DNA from: Eledone cirrhosa
Lineage: Eukaryota
Assembly: GCA_964016885.1 (NCBI GenBank)
Contig: OZ024741.1
Span: forward strand, 219,294,001-219,358,000
Length of the DNA: 64,000 nucleotides
Direction of reading: 5' to 3'
In this document: piece after piece, positions 12,835 through 24,712 of the stretch
How the letters are laid out: each line of letters begins with the position of its first letter
Position numbering within the stretch: position 1 is the first letter of the stretch
The notes under the pieces: generated by a model
What the model saw: the letters and a program-made list of their open reading frames with translations, nothing else
Told to the model about the DNA's origin: nothing
Databases searched by the model: none
Program-made: the position numbers and the translations under genes

Positions 12835-15111
12835 CTATTGGGGTGATAACCCGTTTAGTTTTGGTTTAAATTTGTTAAGGAATAGATTTTCTTTGTTTAT
12901 TCTTTGTTGCTGTGTGAACGAATCTGAGAACTTGTAGAAGGGGAAGATTTTAAAGTTGGGTAGTGTCATTCCTGCGCAGTTCGCAATATGGCTGCTCAAG
13001 GGGATTTTTCTTGTGTTAGTGTCCCGGATTTGTTGGCGGTGGATGGTCATTCTTTTGCGTAATGAGGTGCCCGTCTGTCCTATGTAGTTGTGTTTGCACC
13101 CACCGCAAGTTATTGCGTAAATCAAGTTCTCCGAGTTGCAGGTGAAATTGTTTTTTACTGTAAATGTTTGGCCGTCTTTGAATGTAAATGTTTGTCCTTC
13201 AGTGAGGTAGAGGCACGTTCCACAGTTTGTTCTACCACATTTGGTAACTGTAGGGTTGAGGATTGGTTTGGGTATATTTGGTCCAGTGAGAATGCGTTTA
13301 AGTGATTTGGGTTGTCTTTTACTTTTAAGGATCTTGTGTGTTTCAAGAATAGACTTCATTTTTACATCTTTAAGTAGGATGGGGAGGTTTTTGTGTAGGT
13401 GATCAAACATTTCGATATTTCTGGGGTTGAAAGTGGATACATATGGCAGGGTGTTGAGTGTGGTTTTCTGTTTTGGATTGTTAAGTTGATGGGGATTTAG
13501 GTGTTTTGCCCTGTCTATTCCATTGTTGATTATTTCAAGTGGAAAGGCTCTTAAGATAAGGGTGTCTTTTAGTTCCTTTAGTCTTTGCTCCCGTTTAGGT
13601 GGATCTGATACTATGGTACATATACGTTTGGCCAAATTGTAAGGAATGTTAAGTTTTGTATGTTTTGGGTGACTTGATGTGAAAAAGAGGTATTGCTTGG
13701 AATCTGTGGGTTTATAGAATATATCTGTATCTAATTTCCCGTCTATTACAGAGATGAGAATATCCAAGAAGGCTAATTCCTTAGGATTGGATTCCATTGT
13801 GAATTGTATGTTATTATCTATGTTGTTTATCATGTTTTTAAACGTAGTAAGTGAGTTCATGTCTTCTTGCCATAGGATAAAGCAGTCGTCTAGATATCTT
13901 TTCCAATTGGCTTTGAGGTGTGTGTGGAAAGAGTCTCCAAATAAGAGAAGGGACTGACTGTATATTTGTTGTTCATGGAATCCCATGACTAGGTTGGCAT
14001 ATGTGGGTGCTACTTTCGTGCCCATTGCCGTACCTGATACTTGTCTGTATGTTGAACCATTGAATGTGAAGTAGTTATTTTGTAGGATAAAGCGGAGTCC
14101 GTCAGTGATAAAATCTGTGTTGATGCGTGTCGGTATTTCTGATGGGTGTGTGTTAAGCCAGTATTGGACTGCTGTTATTCCATAGTTGTGAGGTATGTTT
14201 GTGTAGAGGTTTATTACGTCAAAGGAGACAAGAATTGTATTTGCACTTACTGTTTTAGGGAGGTGTTTCAGCATGTCAAGGTCATCTCGTATGTAGCTCT
14301 GTATATGTTGTAGAAAGGGTTTCAGTAGGATGTCCAGAAAGTTGCTAAGTCTGTGGGTTTCACATGTAGGGCCTGCTATAATTGGCCTGAGTTTTAGGTC
14401 TTCTGGTGGTGTTAGTTCAATGTAATTGTTGGTTGAGGTGTCACATGCATCGTTTATGGGTTTACATTTGTGAAGTTTCGGTAAGCCGTAAAAAGAGCTT
14501 GTATTGCATTTGAAGTGGCTTATATAGTTAAACTCTTTTGTGGTTAAGCTGTTGCGGTATTTATTCAGTAAGGTCAAAAGGTTCCCCATTGTTTTGGTGT
14601 GTTTGTAGTTTTCTGTTTGTTCATAGTATGTGTTGTTTTCTAAAATGTTAAGTGCGAGGGTCCTATAGTAGTCCGTATTCATAATGACAACAGTACTGCC
14701 TTTATCGGCTTCTTTGATAGTTATCTCAGGGTTGTTTCTAAGTATGAATAATTCTTCCCATTCGTGTGTAGATAGGTTTGATTTCGTGTGTTTATTTGTA
14801 ATTTTTTCATAGGGAAAGTTGGTGATGTGTTCGCAGTACGTGTCCAGTGCTTTATTTCTTCCCTTTTGTGGGCAGAAATTGCTTTTATTTCTAACCAGTG
14901 ATTCGTCTTCAGTGTTGGTGTCGTTGTGGAAGAATTCCGTTAGTCGCAGCTTTCGGCAGTATTCCATGATGTCATCCTTCATTTCGGGGAAGTTTGGTTT
15001 ACGTGGTGTAGGTGTAAATTTCAGGCCCTTACTTAAAATGTTGATTTGTGTGTTGGTTAGAGGTGTCTTTGAGAGGTTGATTATTTTTGGTTTCTCCTGA
15101 GGGGGGGCCAT
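12835..15111 (-). CDS. Penelope-like (Neptune-type) RT + GIY-YIG endonuclease, intact (element A)
   Basis: FYGLPKLHK, LRPIIAG, SFDVINLYT, GTAMGT, RYLDD, KPTD, linker CGRTNCGTC, LIYAITC..C..NYIGQT. Confidence 0.95.
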   Translation of the reverse strand: MAPPQEKPKIINLSKTPLTNTQINILSKGLKFTPTPRKPNFPEMKDDIMEYCRKLRLTEFFHNDTNTEDESLVRNKSNFCPQKGRNKALDTYCEHITNFPYEKITNKHTKSNLSTHEWEELFILRNNPEITIKEADKGSTVVIMNTDYYRTLALNILENNTYYEQTENYKHTKTMGNLLTLLNKYRNSLTTKEFNYISHFKCNTSSFYGLPKLHKCKPINDACDTSTNNYIELTPPEDLKLRPIIAGPTCETHRLSNFLDILLKPFLQHIQSYIRDDLDMLKHLPKTVSANTILVSFDVINLYTNIPHNYGITAVQYWLNTHPSEIPTRINTDFITDGLRFILQNNYFTFNGSTYRQVSGTAMGTKVAPTYANLVMGFHEQQIYSQSLLLFGDSFHTHLKANWKRYLDDCFILWQEDMNSLTTFKNMINNIDNNIQFTMESNPKELAFLDILISVIDGKLDTDIFYKPTDSKQYLFFTSSHPKHTKLNIPYNLAKRICTIVSDPPKREQRLKELKDTLILRAFPLEIINNGIDRAKHLNPHQLNNPKQKTTLNTLPYVSTFNPRNIEMFDHLHKNLPILLKDVKMKSILETHKILKSKRQPKSLKRILTGPNIPKPILNPTVTKCGRTNCGTCLYLTEGQTFTFKDGQTFTVKNNFTCNSENLIYAITCGGCKHNYIGQTGTSLRKRMTIHRQQIRDTNTRKIPLSSHIANCAGMTLPNFKIFPFYKFSDSFTQQQRINKENLFLNKFKPKLNGLSPQ

Positions 15112-15670
15112 CGAGTATCCTGGTATTTCAGGCTTTTCCCTAAAAAAGGAATGTAGTTTTGTGTGTGATTATATTTTGTTGGTCTGTTGCGTGTGGGTCT
15201 GTAGCTTGTTGTTTCATGAGGGTGAATGTGATGGTGGGGGTGGTATGTGTTGTGGTTGTTGATGAGCAAGGGTTCTGTTGTTGGTTCATGTGGTCTGGGT
15301 GCGTTATTTCTGTGGTACAGAGTGTTGAGGCTGGGGGGTTGTCTTTTGTTGGATTGAGGGTGATGTCTGGTGTGGTTGTGGGTAAGTTCTGTTGTGATTT
15401 CAAGTGGTCTGGGTGGATTTCTTCTGAGGAATGTGGTGTGTGTGTTGAGAGTTGGATCTATGTTATTTCGTCGTTGGTTTATGTAGGGGGCATTTCTACG
15501 GAAACCTGTGTTGTGGTGGTTGGGTGTGTTTCTTTTGGTGTAGTTGGCCGTATTTGGTTTGTGTTGGTGGGGGATGTGCCTGTGGTTAGTGTGTGTTGGG
15601 TTTGGTGGTGTAAATGTGTCTGTTGTAGTTCTTGTTATGTTCAAATGCTTTATAAAGGGGTTACCTGTTT
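15081..15670 (-). CDS. 5'-truncated ORF1 of element A (basic, N/T/H/R-rich)
   Basis: GNPFIK motif shared with ORF1 of elements B and C; overlaps the RT ORF; TTTTTTA at 15147-15141. Confidence 0.7.
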
Positions 15671-15954
15671 GTATATATATATATACACACACACAGAAAT
15701 ATATGGGCATTTCTCTGTTTGTCTGTCTGTCCTTCCATAAAACTCAAATCTAGGCGCTACAGAAATATTACCTTCCCCTTCCTTTCTCCACTTTGGTACT
15801 ACCAAGAGAAACACTGTCGCTATAGAAACATTACCTTCCCCTCTCCACTGACTTTGGTCACTGAGGCCGAGGGAATCGCTGGTTGCTATAGAGACACCTT
15901 GCACAAGCCAGAAGTAACAAGTTCGAGGCGGTTCTGACTTGACACCATGCCAAG

Positions 15955-16468
15955 TCTACTTATAATATATAATGGGCATTTCTCTGTTTGTTTGTCTGTC
16001 TGTCCGTCTGTAAAAAATGCCAAGGAAACAAATAGACGCGGTTTAAAATCTCTATGCTTTTCAAATTCATTACATTAATCTTTATTTATACGTTTCGCTT
16101 TACGAGTGTTTCGACTTACGAGTGCTTCGGCTTACGAGTGTTTCGGCTTATCATTATATATAAACGTTTCTATTTCCATCGTTTTATCGTAACCGTTTAT
16201 ATATTTCCATCGTTATATCATAACGTTTATGTATCATAACGTTTATATTTCCGTCACTAATCTCTTTTTCTCCTTTTTCGTTTTAACATATATTTATTTC
16301 AAAGATTTCACCGTATAGATAACATATATATTTATACATGCATAAAAGACATACCGAGAGACGGTGAACATGTGGTGCCGAAAACATTTCTCATCCAAAT
16401 TTCAACAATATCAGTATATACACTAGATTTGCTAGCAGAAAACCGCCCACCGGGTGGTTTTCTGCTAG
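15955..16468 (+). mobile_element. Non-autonomous Helitron
   Basis: 5' TC...TATAATATATAA...(GTCT)n and a 3' GC hairpin followed by CTAG. Confidence 0.6.
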
Positions 16469-17457
16469 TCTATATATATAAAACAGAGGATGTCTGTCTG
16501 TGTGTCTGTTTCCCTAAAACTCGAGAAGTACCCAACCGTTTTTTTTCAAACTTTACACATGTAACCCGTATGGCCCCAGAAGTGTTTTGAGCAAAAAATA
16601 ATTTCAAATTATTCTGACCGTATTAGGCGATTTAGCGATCTCTTTCTCTTTCTCTAACTCTTTCTCTTTTTAGATAGATACATAGATATGACGTCGCGCC
16701 TTCATAATATTTGTCTGTATGCCTGACTGCCTGCATTACGACATTATGACGTGATCAGTGTGTGTGTGTATATATATATAGTGTGTGTGTATATATATAT
16801 TCTTATGCCAGGGAGCGTCTTCACGAACCAAAGTATCGTCTTCCTGTTTTCCTTCGGTTGCAACGTTTTTCGAAATATTTACATCTGCGTTCACAGATTG
16901 ATTTTTTTAGTTTCAGAAGATCCCGTTAAGGTTGAAAGCAGCGATTCTTTGCTTAAACATTAATATATTATTTTAATATAGGTATTCGTGTACAGATATT
17001 TTTGCATACACAAAAACAAAATATAAACAAACAAGGCTGGCGATTACATAATCACATGCATCACTGACAGATATTTTTGCATACACAAAAACAAAATATA
17101 AACAATCAAGGCCAACGATTACATCAGTTAGTCTTAGTGTACTTCATACTGCTTTTAGGTAGAAGATTCCGTTAATGGTGAAAGCAGCGATTCATTTTCT
17201 GCGTTCACGGATTGGTTTTTTTAGTTTCAAAAGATCCCGTTAAGTGTGAAAGCAGTGATTCTTTGCTTAAACTTTAATCTGTTATTTTAATATATATATA
17301 TATATATAATTATATATTCGTGTACAGATATTTTTGCATATACAATAACAAAATATAAACAAACGTATTTATTTCACGAGGCTCGATAAGGATAAATATA
17401 TATCAAATATATAAGAACCCTAGAGCAAATCCCGAGCAACGCCGGGCCATTCTGCTA

Positions 17458-17458
<1 letters not shown>
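16469..17458 (+). mobile_element. Non-autonomous Helitron, head-to-tail with the previous one
   Basis: 5' TCTATATATATAAAAC; 3' hairpin CCCGAGCAACGCCGGG plus CTAG|T; the same 3' hairpin ends the 56111-60453 Helitron. Confidence 0.8.
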
Positions 17459-17513
<55 letters not shown>

Positions 17514-18375
17514 TAAAACATGTCTATAGAATCACCAGATAAAATATATACCGTTTCCTCTCCCAAATAGCATAATTAACCATATAAAAAATCAATTAAA
17601 CCAAGCTATAAGAATAAAAGCTCCTCTGAAGAAATCTCCGACAAATAACCGAAAGCAGCCCTTCGCGGCGGTTGCGACGGAGTATTTATCGAGTATTTCG
17701 ACAGCGTGTATAAATCGACCAGATATACAGTCAACTAAACAGAATTAGGTGTAAAATAAACTAGAAGGAAAGTGAACATATTTAGTTACCTCTACCATGG
17801 TTTCGTCCGCATTTTAAGATATCCGATAACATTGGAAATCTAGAGCACCGGACTCTTCGGGAGTTAGCTCAAATTTAGACAATTAATTTTCCAAAGTGAT
17901 TGCGCCAAGAATACATTCAAAAATGGCTAAGAATCGTGACGTGGCAGCGGTCAAGTTAGAAAGGATGTGATTAGTTGCTTACGGCTAGTAGGCTTTTTGA
18001 TAGAAAGCGCAGCCCAATACAGCCAAAATTGTATCTCAACCTAACGGGAGATTATTACATATAAAGGTTTACATATATATATATATATGTGTGTGTGTGT
18101 TTTGCAACGGGTCACTTTGTGGCTCAATGAAGAGTTTAATAAATTAAATAATCAGAGCTATATATCATAAAACATGTCTATATATATATATATATATTTA
18201 ATACATTAACAGAGAAAGCTTTAAGCAATACTCCGACCGACTTCCGTCTCACTCAACAAACATTAGGTATACCTTAGTATAATCCCAATTATACGTTTGG
18301 GGTGCTAACTATACGTATTTTGCGGATAGCCAGTTATATTATTTTATATGAGACATAATTAAATACATCCCTCTT

Positions 18376-18496
18376 TCCAAACGATATTTCATTATAAGTT
18401 TTCTACAAGTTGGGAAAATAATGTCCAGGTTATGTAGAAGCCTACACATAGTCTATAGGTATATATGTAGGTGGGCACTTATAAATCATCAGTGGA
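18376..18496 (-). ncRNA. Hammerhead with a large branched stem II
   Basis: UCCA-CUGAUGA-U-UUAUAAG...(~80 nt with internal helices)...CUUAUAA-U-GAAAUAUCGUU^-UGGA. Confidence 0.6.
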
Positions 18497-18949
18497 TGCC
18501 CAACAATATCCATATAAAAAAAATACCGATATTAACATTCAGCGATGGTACCCGTCAGTGTTAGAGTGACCACCAAATTTGAAATTCCAGCAGTCTCACA
18601 AAGAGAAATCTCACACCGTCACCAAGCGGAGGTCATCGCAAAACATAAAAAGGATAAAATAATATGCACGAAGGTCAATTAATTCTGTCAAGAATTTTAA
18701 CCATGCGTGAAGAACTCAATTGGATATAAAAAAAATATATATATGCATGTATTATTTATACATGCATATAGGTATTCTCTCAGGCTAAAACAGAGACGAG
18801 ATATCGGAAAAACAATCAATATTTCATACAAAGAATAAATAAAGAAAGTCATACCTAAAAATATCTGGAAATTTTCATCTCTGGCCAATTCAAGAGTATA
18901 ATATTTAATACATTAACAGAGAAAGCTTTAAGTAATACTATATATATAT

Positions 18950-19140
18950 TTATGTAATATACAACATAAGACAATTATTCCATTTACCAAAGGTTTCACG
19001 AAGACAGACGAGCTCAACAGAGACGTCTGAAATCGCTCATCAGAATCATGATTCTGATTTCAGACGTCTCTGTTGAACTCATCTGTCTTCGTGAAACCTT
19101 TGGTAAATGGAATAATTGTCTTATGTTGTTTATTACATAA
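18950..19140. repeat. Fold-back inverted repeat; left arm carries a hammerhead (18981-19047, minus)
   Basis: AUU-CUGAUGA-GCGA...UCGU-GAAACCUUUGGUA^-AAU; the right arm has lost part of the core. Confidence 0.75.
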
Positions 19141-19252
19141 TTAAATAGCTCTATAGCATACATAGAGCACTCTCCTTTCCTTTACCCATCCTATGGAAAT
19201 ATTTCATATTCAATGATATTAAATAAATGGAAACTATATTTATAAAACCATA

Positions 19253-19308
19253 TTTATTCTATATTTCAAGGTTACCAAAACTTTGGTACGCTTTCATCAG
19301 ATAAAATA
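19253..19308 (-). ncRNA. Hammerhead-like motif downstream of a Nematis-type fragment
   Basis: UAUUUUAU-CUGAUGA-AAG..UACCA..UGGUA..CUU-GAAAUAUA; stems I and III are degenerate. Confidence 0.55.
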
Positions 19309-20511
19309 CAAAGTTTGTTTTATAAATTTTAACATAACCAAGAAAAAGTTACCTTAACTGTTCAAGTTTTCCTTGGATAGTGAAGGGATAAGAGAAGAAA
19401 AGTCAGATATTTCAAATTATTAAGATGAGTATGCAAATGAGGTTGAGGTATAGGGCCGAAAAAAACGTTATTTTAGACGCTATGCAGGATTTAAATAATT
19501 AGGATATATGTATGTATGAGTAGGAAGAAGAAAAAGGAAGAAGAGCTTGTATTTACGTTAATTTAAAAGGAATTAACAATTTGGGGGAATAGTGGAATAT
19601 GATTCCAGAATTTAAATTTATTTAGCTATATTATGAGTTATAATATTGTATATATAATCAATTAGATTATATGAAGAATTATGGTTGTAAGTATATTTTA
19701 TCTTATTACATTACAATAGGTTATAAGTATATAAATATCTATATAGATTAATAATTTAGCTTTGCTAAAGTATTATAGAAATAGAAATAATTTACAATTA
19801 TTAGTTGTATACATTTCTAATATGAGTTACGAAGGATGTCGATTTTGCATTTTACATAAAAAACAGCTGGTTCAAGTTGTAAGAGGAGAACAATTTGTAG
19901 ATTCGAATATTTTGTCCCAACATTGAAAATGTCTTCAGAATATTGTGAAATTAGCGAAGTTATATAGTTTATCGTACATATTATATTATATCATGTTTAT
20001 GTTTGCACGATTAAAAAGGGAAAGATAACTCCAATCTTGTTTGTTAACCGTTAAATTTGATGAATGATTTACTCAGAAAATATATAGAGAAAATTATATA
20101 TTATTTTGTGTGAGATTAATTATTTTAGTCGAAAGATGTGTGAAAGTTTAAAGATCAAAAGGAGAGGAAAAACATTATGTGCATTTCGAAGAACTATCGT
20201 AAAGAGGATACATTTTCAGAATGTCAATTAAAGATTATCAATCTACATCTAAAAAAATATATTTAGAGGGGTATCGTTAGGAAAATAATAATGTCAGAAG
20301 TAAAAAAATATAAAAACTATATATATATTAAAAAAATTAATGTCAAAAGGTAAAAATAGTAGAAATATAAAAAAATATTTTAAAAATATTAAAAAATTAA
20401 GAAGGAAGATCATTTAAAAGAATTTACATTTAAATTTAAATTTAAATTTTTAAATAAAATAGGATCATTTTGAAGGTGAAAAAGATATAGTCAAGTATAA
20501 TGAATATCATA

Positions 20512-21190
20512 AATTAAAAATACTTCTGAAAGTGGAATTTTGGCGATGTCTGCAAGAAAAAAATAATTCTCTTTTAAGATTAATAGAAAATTTCCTCTAT
20601 ACACAAGTTACAGAATCTTGAGAAAGCCATATTTCGGTATGCAGGTGGTTTCGAAATCGTCCCCCAAAATATTGAATAGTCTATATTGTTGTCTTTTAAG
20701 TTCCAATTTAAATGTGAAAGTGAAGTGGAAGATTTTTTATCGGATCTCTTAAATGTATGTTTATGGTTATACCAGCGTTCATTGAATTTTGTAGAAGTGG
20801 CACCAATATAGTTAAATATTTTGTCTCTAGTTTTAACTGTGCATTTATAAATTACGTTTTTGTCTAAGCAATTATTTTGTAAAGGGCAGTTTCATTTAAT
20901 TCTACAGCAACATTTTCTGGAGTTGTTGTTCGGAATGGTACTATTATTCTGAATATTGTTGTTAGAAATATTATTATTGCTATGATGGTTAGTTTGGTTA
21001 GGGTTTAAATTTAAGTTTCTATTATTAATTCTATTTATATGTTGTGCTATGTTCATAGTAGTAGAGTAGGATAGTTTTATAGTGTGTCTGTTAAAAATAG
21101 AGTGGTATCTGTGGGCTTTAGGAAAACATTTATCTAGTGCTTTAAAGAATAGCTTTGCTAAAGGTGTTTTAATGCTTAATGAGAAATACT
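20512..21190 (-). pseudogene. Nematis-type PLE 3' fragment (linker + GIY-YIG)
   Basis: LDKCFPKAHRYHSIFNRHTIKLSYS, CCC..CPL..CLDKNVIYKC..YIGATST..WYNH..SCRH; contains a stop and an Asn-rich stretch. Confidence 0.85.
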
Positions 21191-21327
21191 TTATATATGT
21201 ATATACTCTATAGTATATTTGGTAATATACCGAATGTTTAATTAAAAACATTTTGAAGACCTTGCGCTATCATTCTAAAGTAGTGACTATGTCACTTACT
21301 TCTTTTTTCGGCAAAGCAAGGGAGAGA

Positions 21328-21369
21328 AGCTGACAGATTCTGTTTCAGACTGTTGGTGTTCCTCAGAGC
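21328..21369 (-). ncRNA. Hammerhead ribozyme
   Basis: GCU-CUGAGGA-ACACCAACAGUCU-GAAACAGAAUCUGUC^-AGC; weak stem II. Confidence 0.6.
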
Positions 21370-21440
21370 AACGTACTCTCCGACCTCTGCCGAAAATTAT
21401 AGAGGCTGGATTCTTATAGAATTAAACATACGGTATATAC

Positions 21441-21742
21441 ATATTAAGTGTTTCCGTAGGAAAGGTAAAGGAAAGGAGAGTGTTCTATGTAGGCTACAGT
21501 GCTATTTAGTTATGTAATAAACAACATAAGACAATTATTCCATTTACCAAAGGTTTCACGAAGACAGATGAGCTTGACACAGACGTCTGAAATCGTTCGT
21601 CATCCGTCTGTGTCAAACTCGTTTGTCTTCGGGAAATTTTTGGTAAATGGAATAATTGTCTTATGTTGTTTATTACATAACTAAATAGCACTGTAACCTA
21701 CATAGAACACTCTCCTTTCCTTTACCTTTTCTACGGAAACAC

Positions 21743-21750
<8 letters not shown>
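21441..21750. repeat. Fold-back inverted repeat (~150-bp arms), same family as 18950-19200
   Basis: Mirror ORFs 21499-21684(+) and 21506-21691(-) are nearly identical. Confidence 0.9.
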
Positions 21751-21800
<50 letters not shown>

Positions 21801-21810
21801 AACAAGTATG

Positions 21811-21906
21811 ACACCGACAGCAGAGCTCAAGCCGTTTCGACGGCTAATTCTGGACTAAATAAGAGTTTTTAGCCTGGTAAATAAATAGCCGAACTTTTCA
21901 GGGGGG
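21811..21906 (-). ncRNA. Extended hammerhead-like motif with CUGAAAA core
   Basis: CC-CUGAAAA-G..CGGCUA...UAGCCG.C-GAAACGGC...GCUGUC^-GG; a core-less copy lies at 39290-39358. Confidence 0.5.
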
Positions 21907-22707
21907 TAATTCCTTATATGGGAAGATAGTAATTGTCAAAAGGATTGGTAAAAAATTTGTTTTAAAGACAGATGATTCTATCATGGCATTTGGTGGGAGG
22001 TGGGGGTAGCTGAACTTGCCGGTAGAACAAAGAGGGAGTGGGGGAAACCCAGTCAAGCGTTGAAAGTGAAATCTATACACCAGATTATAAGGATAGTGTA
22101 TAGAAGGTCGAAAAAAGTGTATCGAAGAAGGGGAGGGGTGTGTGTGTGTGAAAGAATAGGTAAATCGAAAGGGAGTAATAAAAAAAAAACATTATAAAAA
22201 TAAGGAAATAAATATATAAAAAACAATTTCTGGTTACTACTCCATTTCCACAATCACAAAATCTCTCATTGGTATTGCTAAGCTATAGAAAGTTTAATAG
22301 GTGGAGAAAAATACTAAATACGAGATTGTAGTGAAATAATTTTATAAAGCCGGCTTTACAGGGAGTCTAACACCACTGCTATAGTTAGTTAGTAATCAGC
22401 CAATGCTATCTCACAATGACAGGTTAATAAGTTGAAAACAAAAATACTAAAATTCTACTACAAAAATGCTAATACGAAATATTAATTCAGAATACTAATA
22501 CAGAAATACTAATACAAGAATACTAATACAAAAATACCACTAAGAAATTTAGAAATCACAGAAATGGAGCAGCAACCAGAAAGAAAACAATTTACTGGTG
22601 TCTAACACATCTGCTATAAAAAGCGTAATCGGCCTTGATTAAATCTTGATTAAATCTTAACCATTTAACATCTCAGGGTATGTCATGTTTCATTATCATT
22701 ATATTTA

Positions 22708-22925
22708 GGGCGGTGGATTGGCAGTATGAGTAGGGCGGTGGATTGGCAGTATCAGTAGAGGGTCGGACGCCATGCTTTCCAGCATAGTTACGTCCCTTTA
22801 CGATCTGAGTTCAAATCCCGCCGAGGTTGACTTTGCCTTTCATCCTTACGGGGTCGATAAAATAAAGTACCAGTAATGCCCTGGGTATTTGCTGGCCTTG
22901 TGCCTAAAGTAGAAACAATTATCAT
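22708..22925 (+). mobile_element. Full-length Nin/Deu-type SINE with duplicated 5' head
   Basis: TAGGGCGGTGGATTGGCAGTAT occurs twice, followed by box B and core. Confidence 0.9.
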
Positions 22926-22971
22926 TATATTTATGTATCATTATCATTATATGTATGTCATGTATCATTAT

Positions 22972-23024
22972 ATTTTGTCTGATGAGGATGTACTGTTGTA
23001 CCTCCGAAATATGTATAAAAAAAT
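22972..23024 (+). ncRNA. Hammerhead ribozyme
   Basis: AUUUUGU-CUGAUGA-GGAUGUAC-UGUU-GUACCUCC-GAAAUAUGUAUA^-AAAAAAU. Confidence 0.75.
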
Positions 23025-23064
23025 GTAATTGATCAAAAGAACATCTATTTTATTAATATTTGTA

Positions 23065-23126
<62 letters not shown>

Positions 23127-23129
23127 TAT

Positions 23130-23172
<43 letters not shown>

Positions 23173-23495
23173 GTAATAATAATAAATTTGAAGACTAAAA
23201 TCCAAAGAGGGCTCGATAAGGATAAATATATATCAAATATATAAGAACCGTAGAGCAAATATTTATTAAAATAACAGATTAAAGTTTTCCCGTTAAGGGT
23301 GAAAACAGCGATTCTTTGCTTAAACTTTAATCTGTTATTTTAATAAATAAATATATATATATATATATGTAGAAGAGATATTTAATTTGTTGAAAATCCA
23401 ACAAATATAGATGTTTACAACTGATTCAGTACCCTTGAAATATATATAATAAAATAAATATGGTTTTATAAATATAGTTTCTATTTATTTATTAT

Positions 23496-23571
<76 letters not shown>

Positions 23572-23585
23572 TTTAATATTAATTC

Positions 23586-23860
23586 AACAAAATAGATATT
23601 CTTGTGATCAATTATATTTTATTATACATATTTCAGAGGTACTGAGTTAAGTTTAACAGTACGTCCTCATCAGATAAAATATGATGATGCATGACATACC
23701 CTGACACTACCATGACTGAAGCTTAACCATCTACTATGTCAGGGTATGTCATGCATCATCCTATTTTATCTGATGAGGACGTACTGTTAAACTTAACTCA
23801 GTACCTCTGAAATATGTATAATAAAATATAATTGATCACAAGAATATGTATTTTGTTAAT
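23586..23860. repeat. Fold-back with two opposed hammerheads (23615-23681 minus; 23762-23828 plus)
   Basis: UAUUUUAU-CUGAUGA-GGACGUACUG...CAGUACCUCU-GAAAUAUGUAUA^-AUAAAAUA on both arms. Confidence 0.85.
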
Positions 23861-23971
23861 ATCTATTTTGTTAATTAATATTAATAACTCTGGAAAACCT
23901 TTCTTGTTGAGTGCTTCCAATCTATTGTAAAACTCATTCTTTGATGTATTCATTGAACCTTATTTAACTTT

Positions 23972-24028
<57 letters not shown>

Positions 24029-24097
24029 AAAAAGAGATGAAATCGAAAATGCAACTGGAGTCTTATTTTTTTTTAAAATATATATATTTATTTGGTT

Positions 24098-24135
24098 CCT
24101 TTACCGGTTTCGCAGTTCTTCTGCTTTTCAAAAGG
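24098..24135 (-). ncRNA. Minimal hammerhead, U3-A8 core variant
   Basis: CCUU-UUGAAAA-GCAG-AAGAA-CUGC-GAAACCGGUA^-AAGG; stems I and II perfect; palindromic ACCGGU stem III. Confidence 0.75.
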
Positions 24136-24643
24136 TGAGTTGAGATGGAGGGTCTGTGGTTTTTCTCACATCTGGTTGGTCTCTGAATGTTACTTGTTTT
24201 ATATGGAAAAAGTGGCTCGAAATGCCAGGTTTTTCGAGAAGTAATTTGATTGGTTTGTCAATAATTATAATAAATTTCGCGCCAGTTCACGTTACAATAG
24301 TTCTTCAAATAAAAGGGGGGGGGGTTGTCACAGGTTGTTTTTTCATATATGAGTGTTTGAATTTCTTTTTACTTGAAAAAAGGGGGCTCACGAAGGCTTT
24401 TTTTTTGGTTGGTTATAAATGAAATTTGGCTGTCACGTGAACAAGTTTTCATTACATTTTTGCGCCCTTATTTGGAAAACTATTCTGTAGTCTTTATAGT
24501 GAATGTTATGACAATGGAGAGATAGTGGTCAAGAGAAAAGGGATTGGGAGAATTGTTCTGGTTCAGTGAATATGGCCAGCTCGCCGGGGTGTCAGAGTTC
24601 AGATTTTCTATTGAAGTGAAGATATGTATGTTTATTTGTGTGC

Positions 24644-24712
<69 letters not shown>

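Noticed and set aside
15159-15740. Plus-strand V/G/C-rich ORF and other antisense ORFs over the PLE and LINE coding regions
   Set aside because: Antisense shadows of compositionally biased coding strands
17615-17865. Possible hammerhead starting at CTGAAGA ~17626
   Set aside because: Needs a ~200-nt stem II and a mismatched stem III; not convincing
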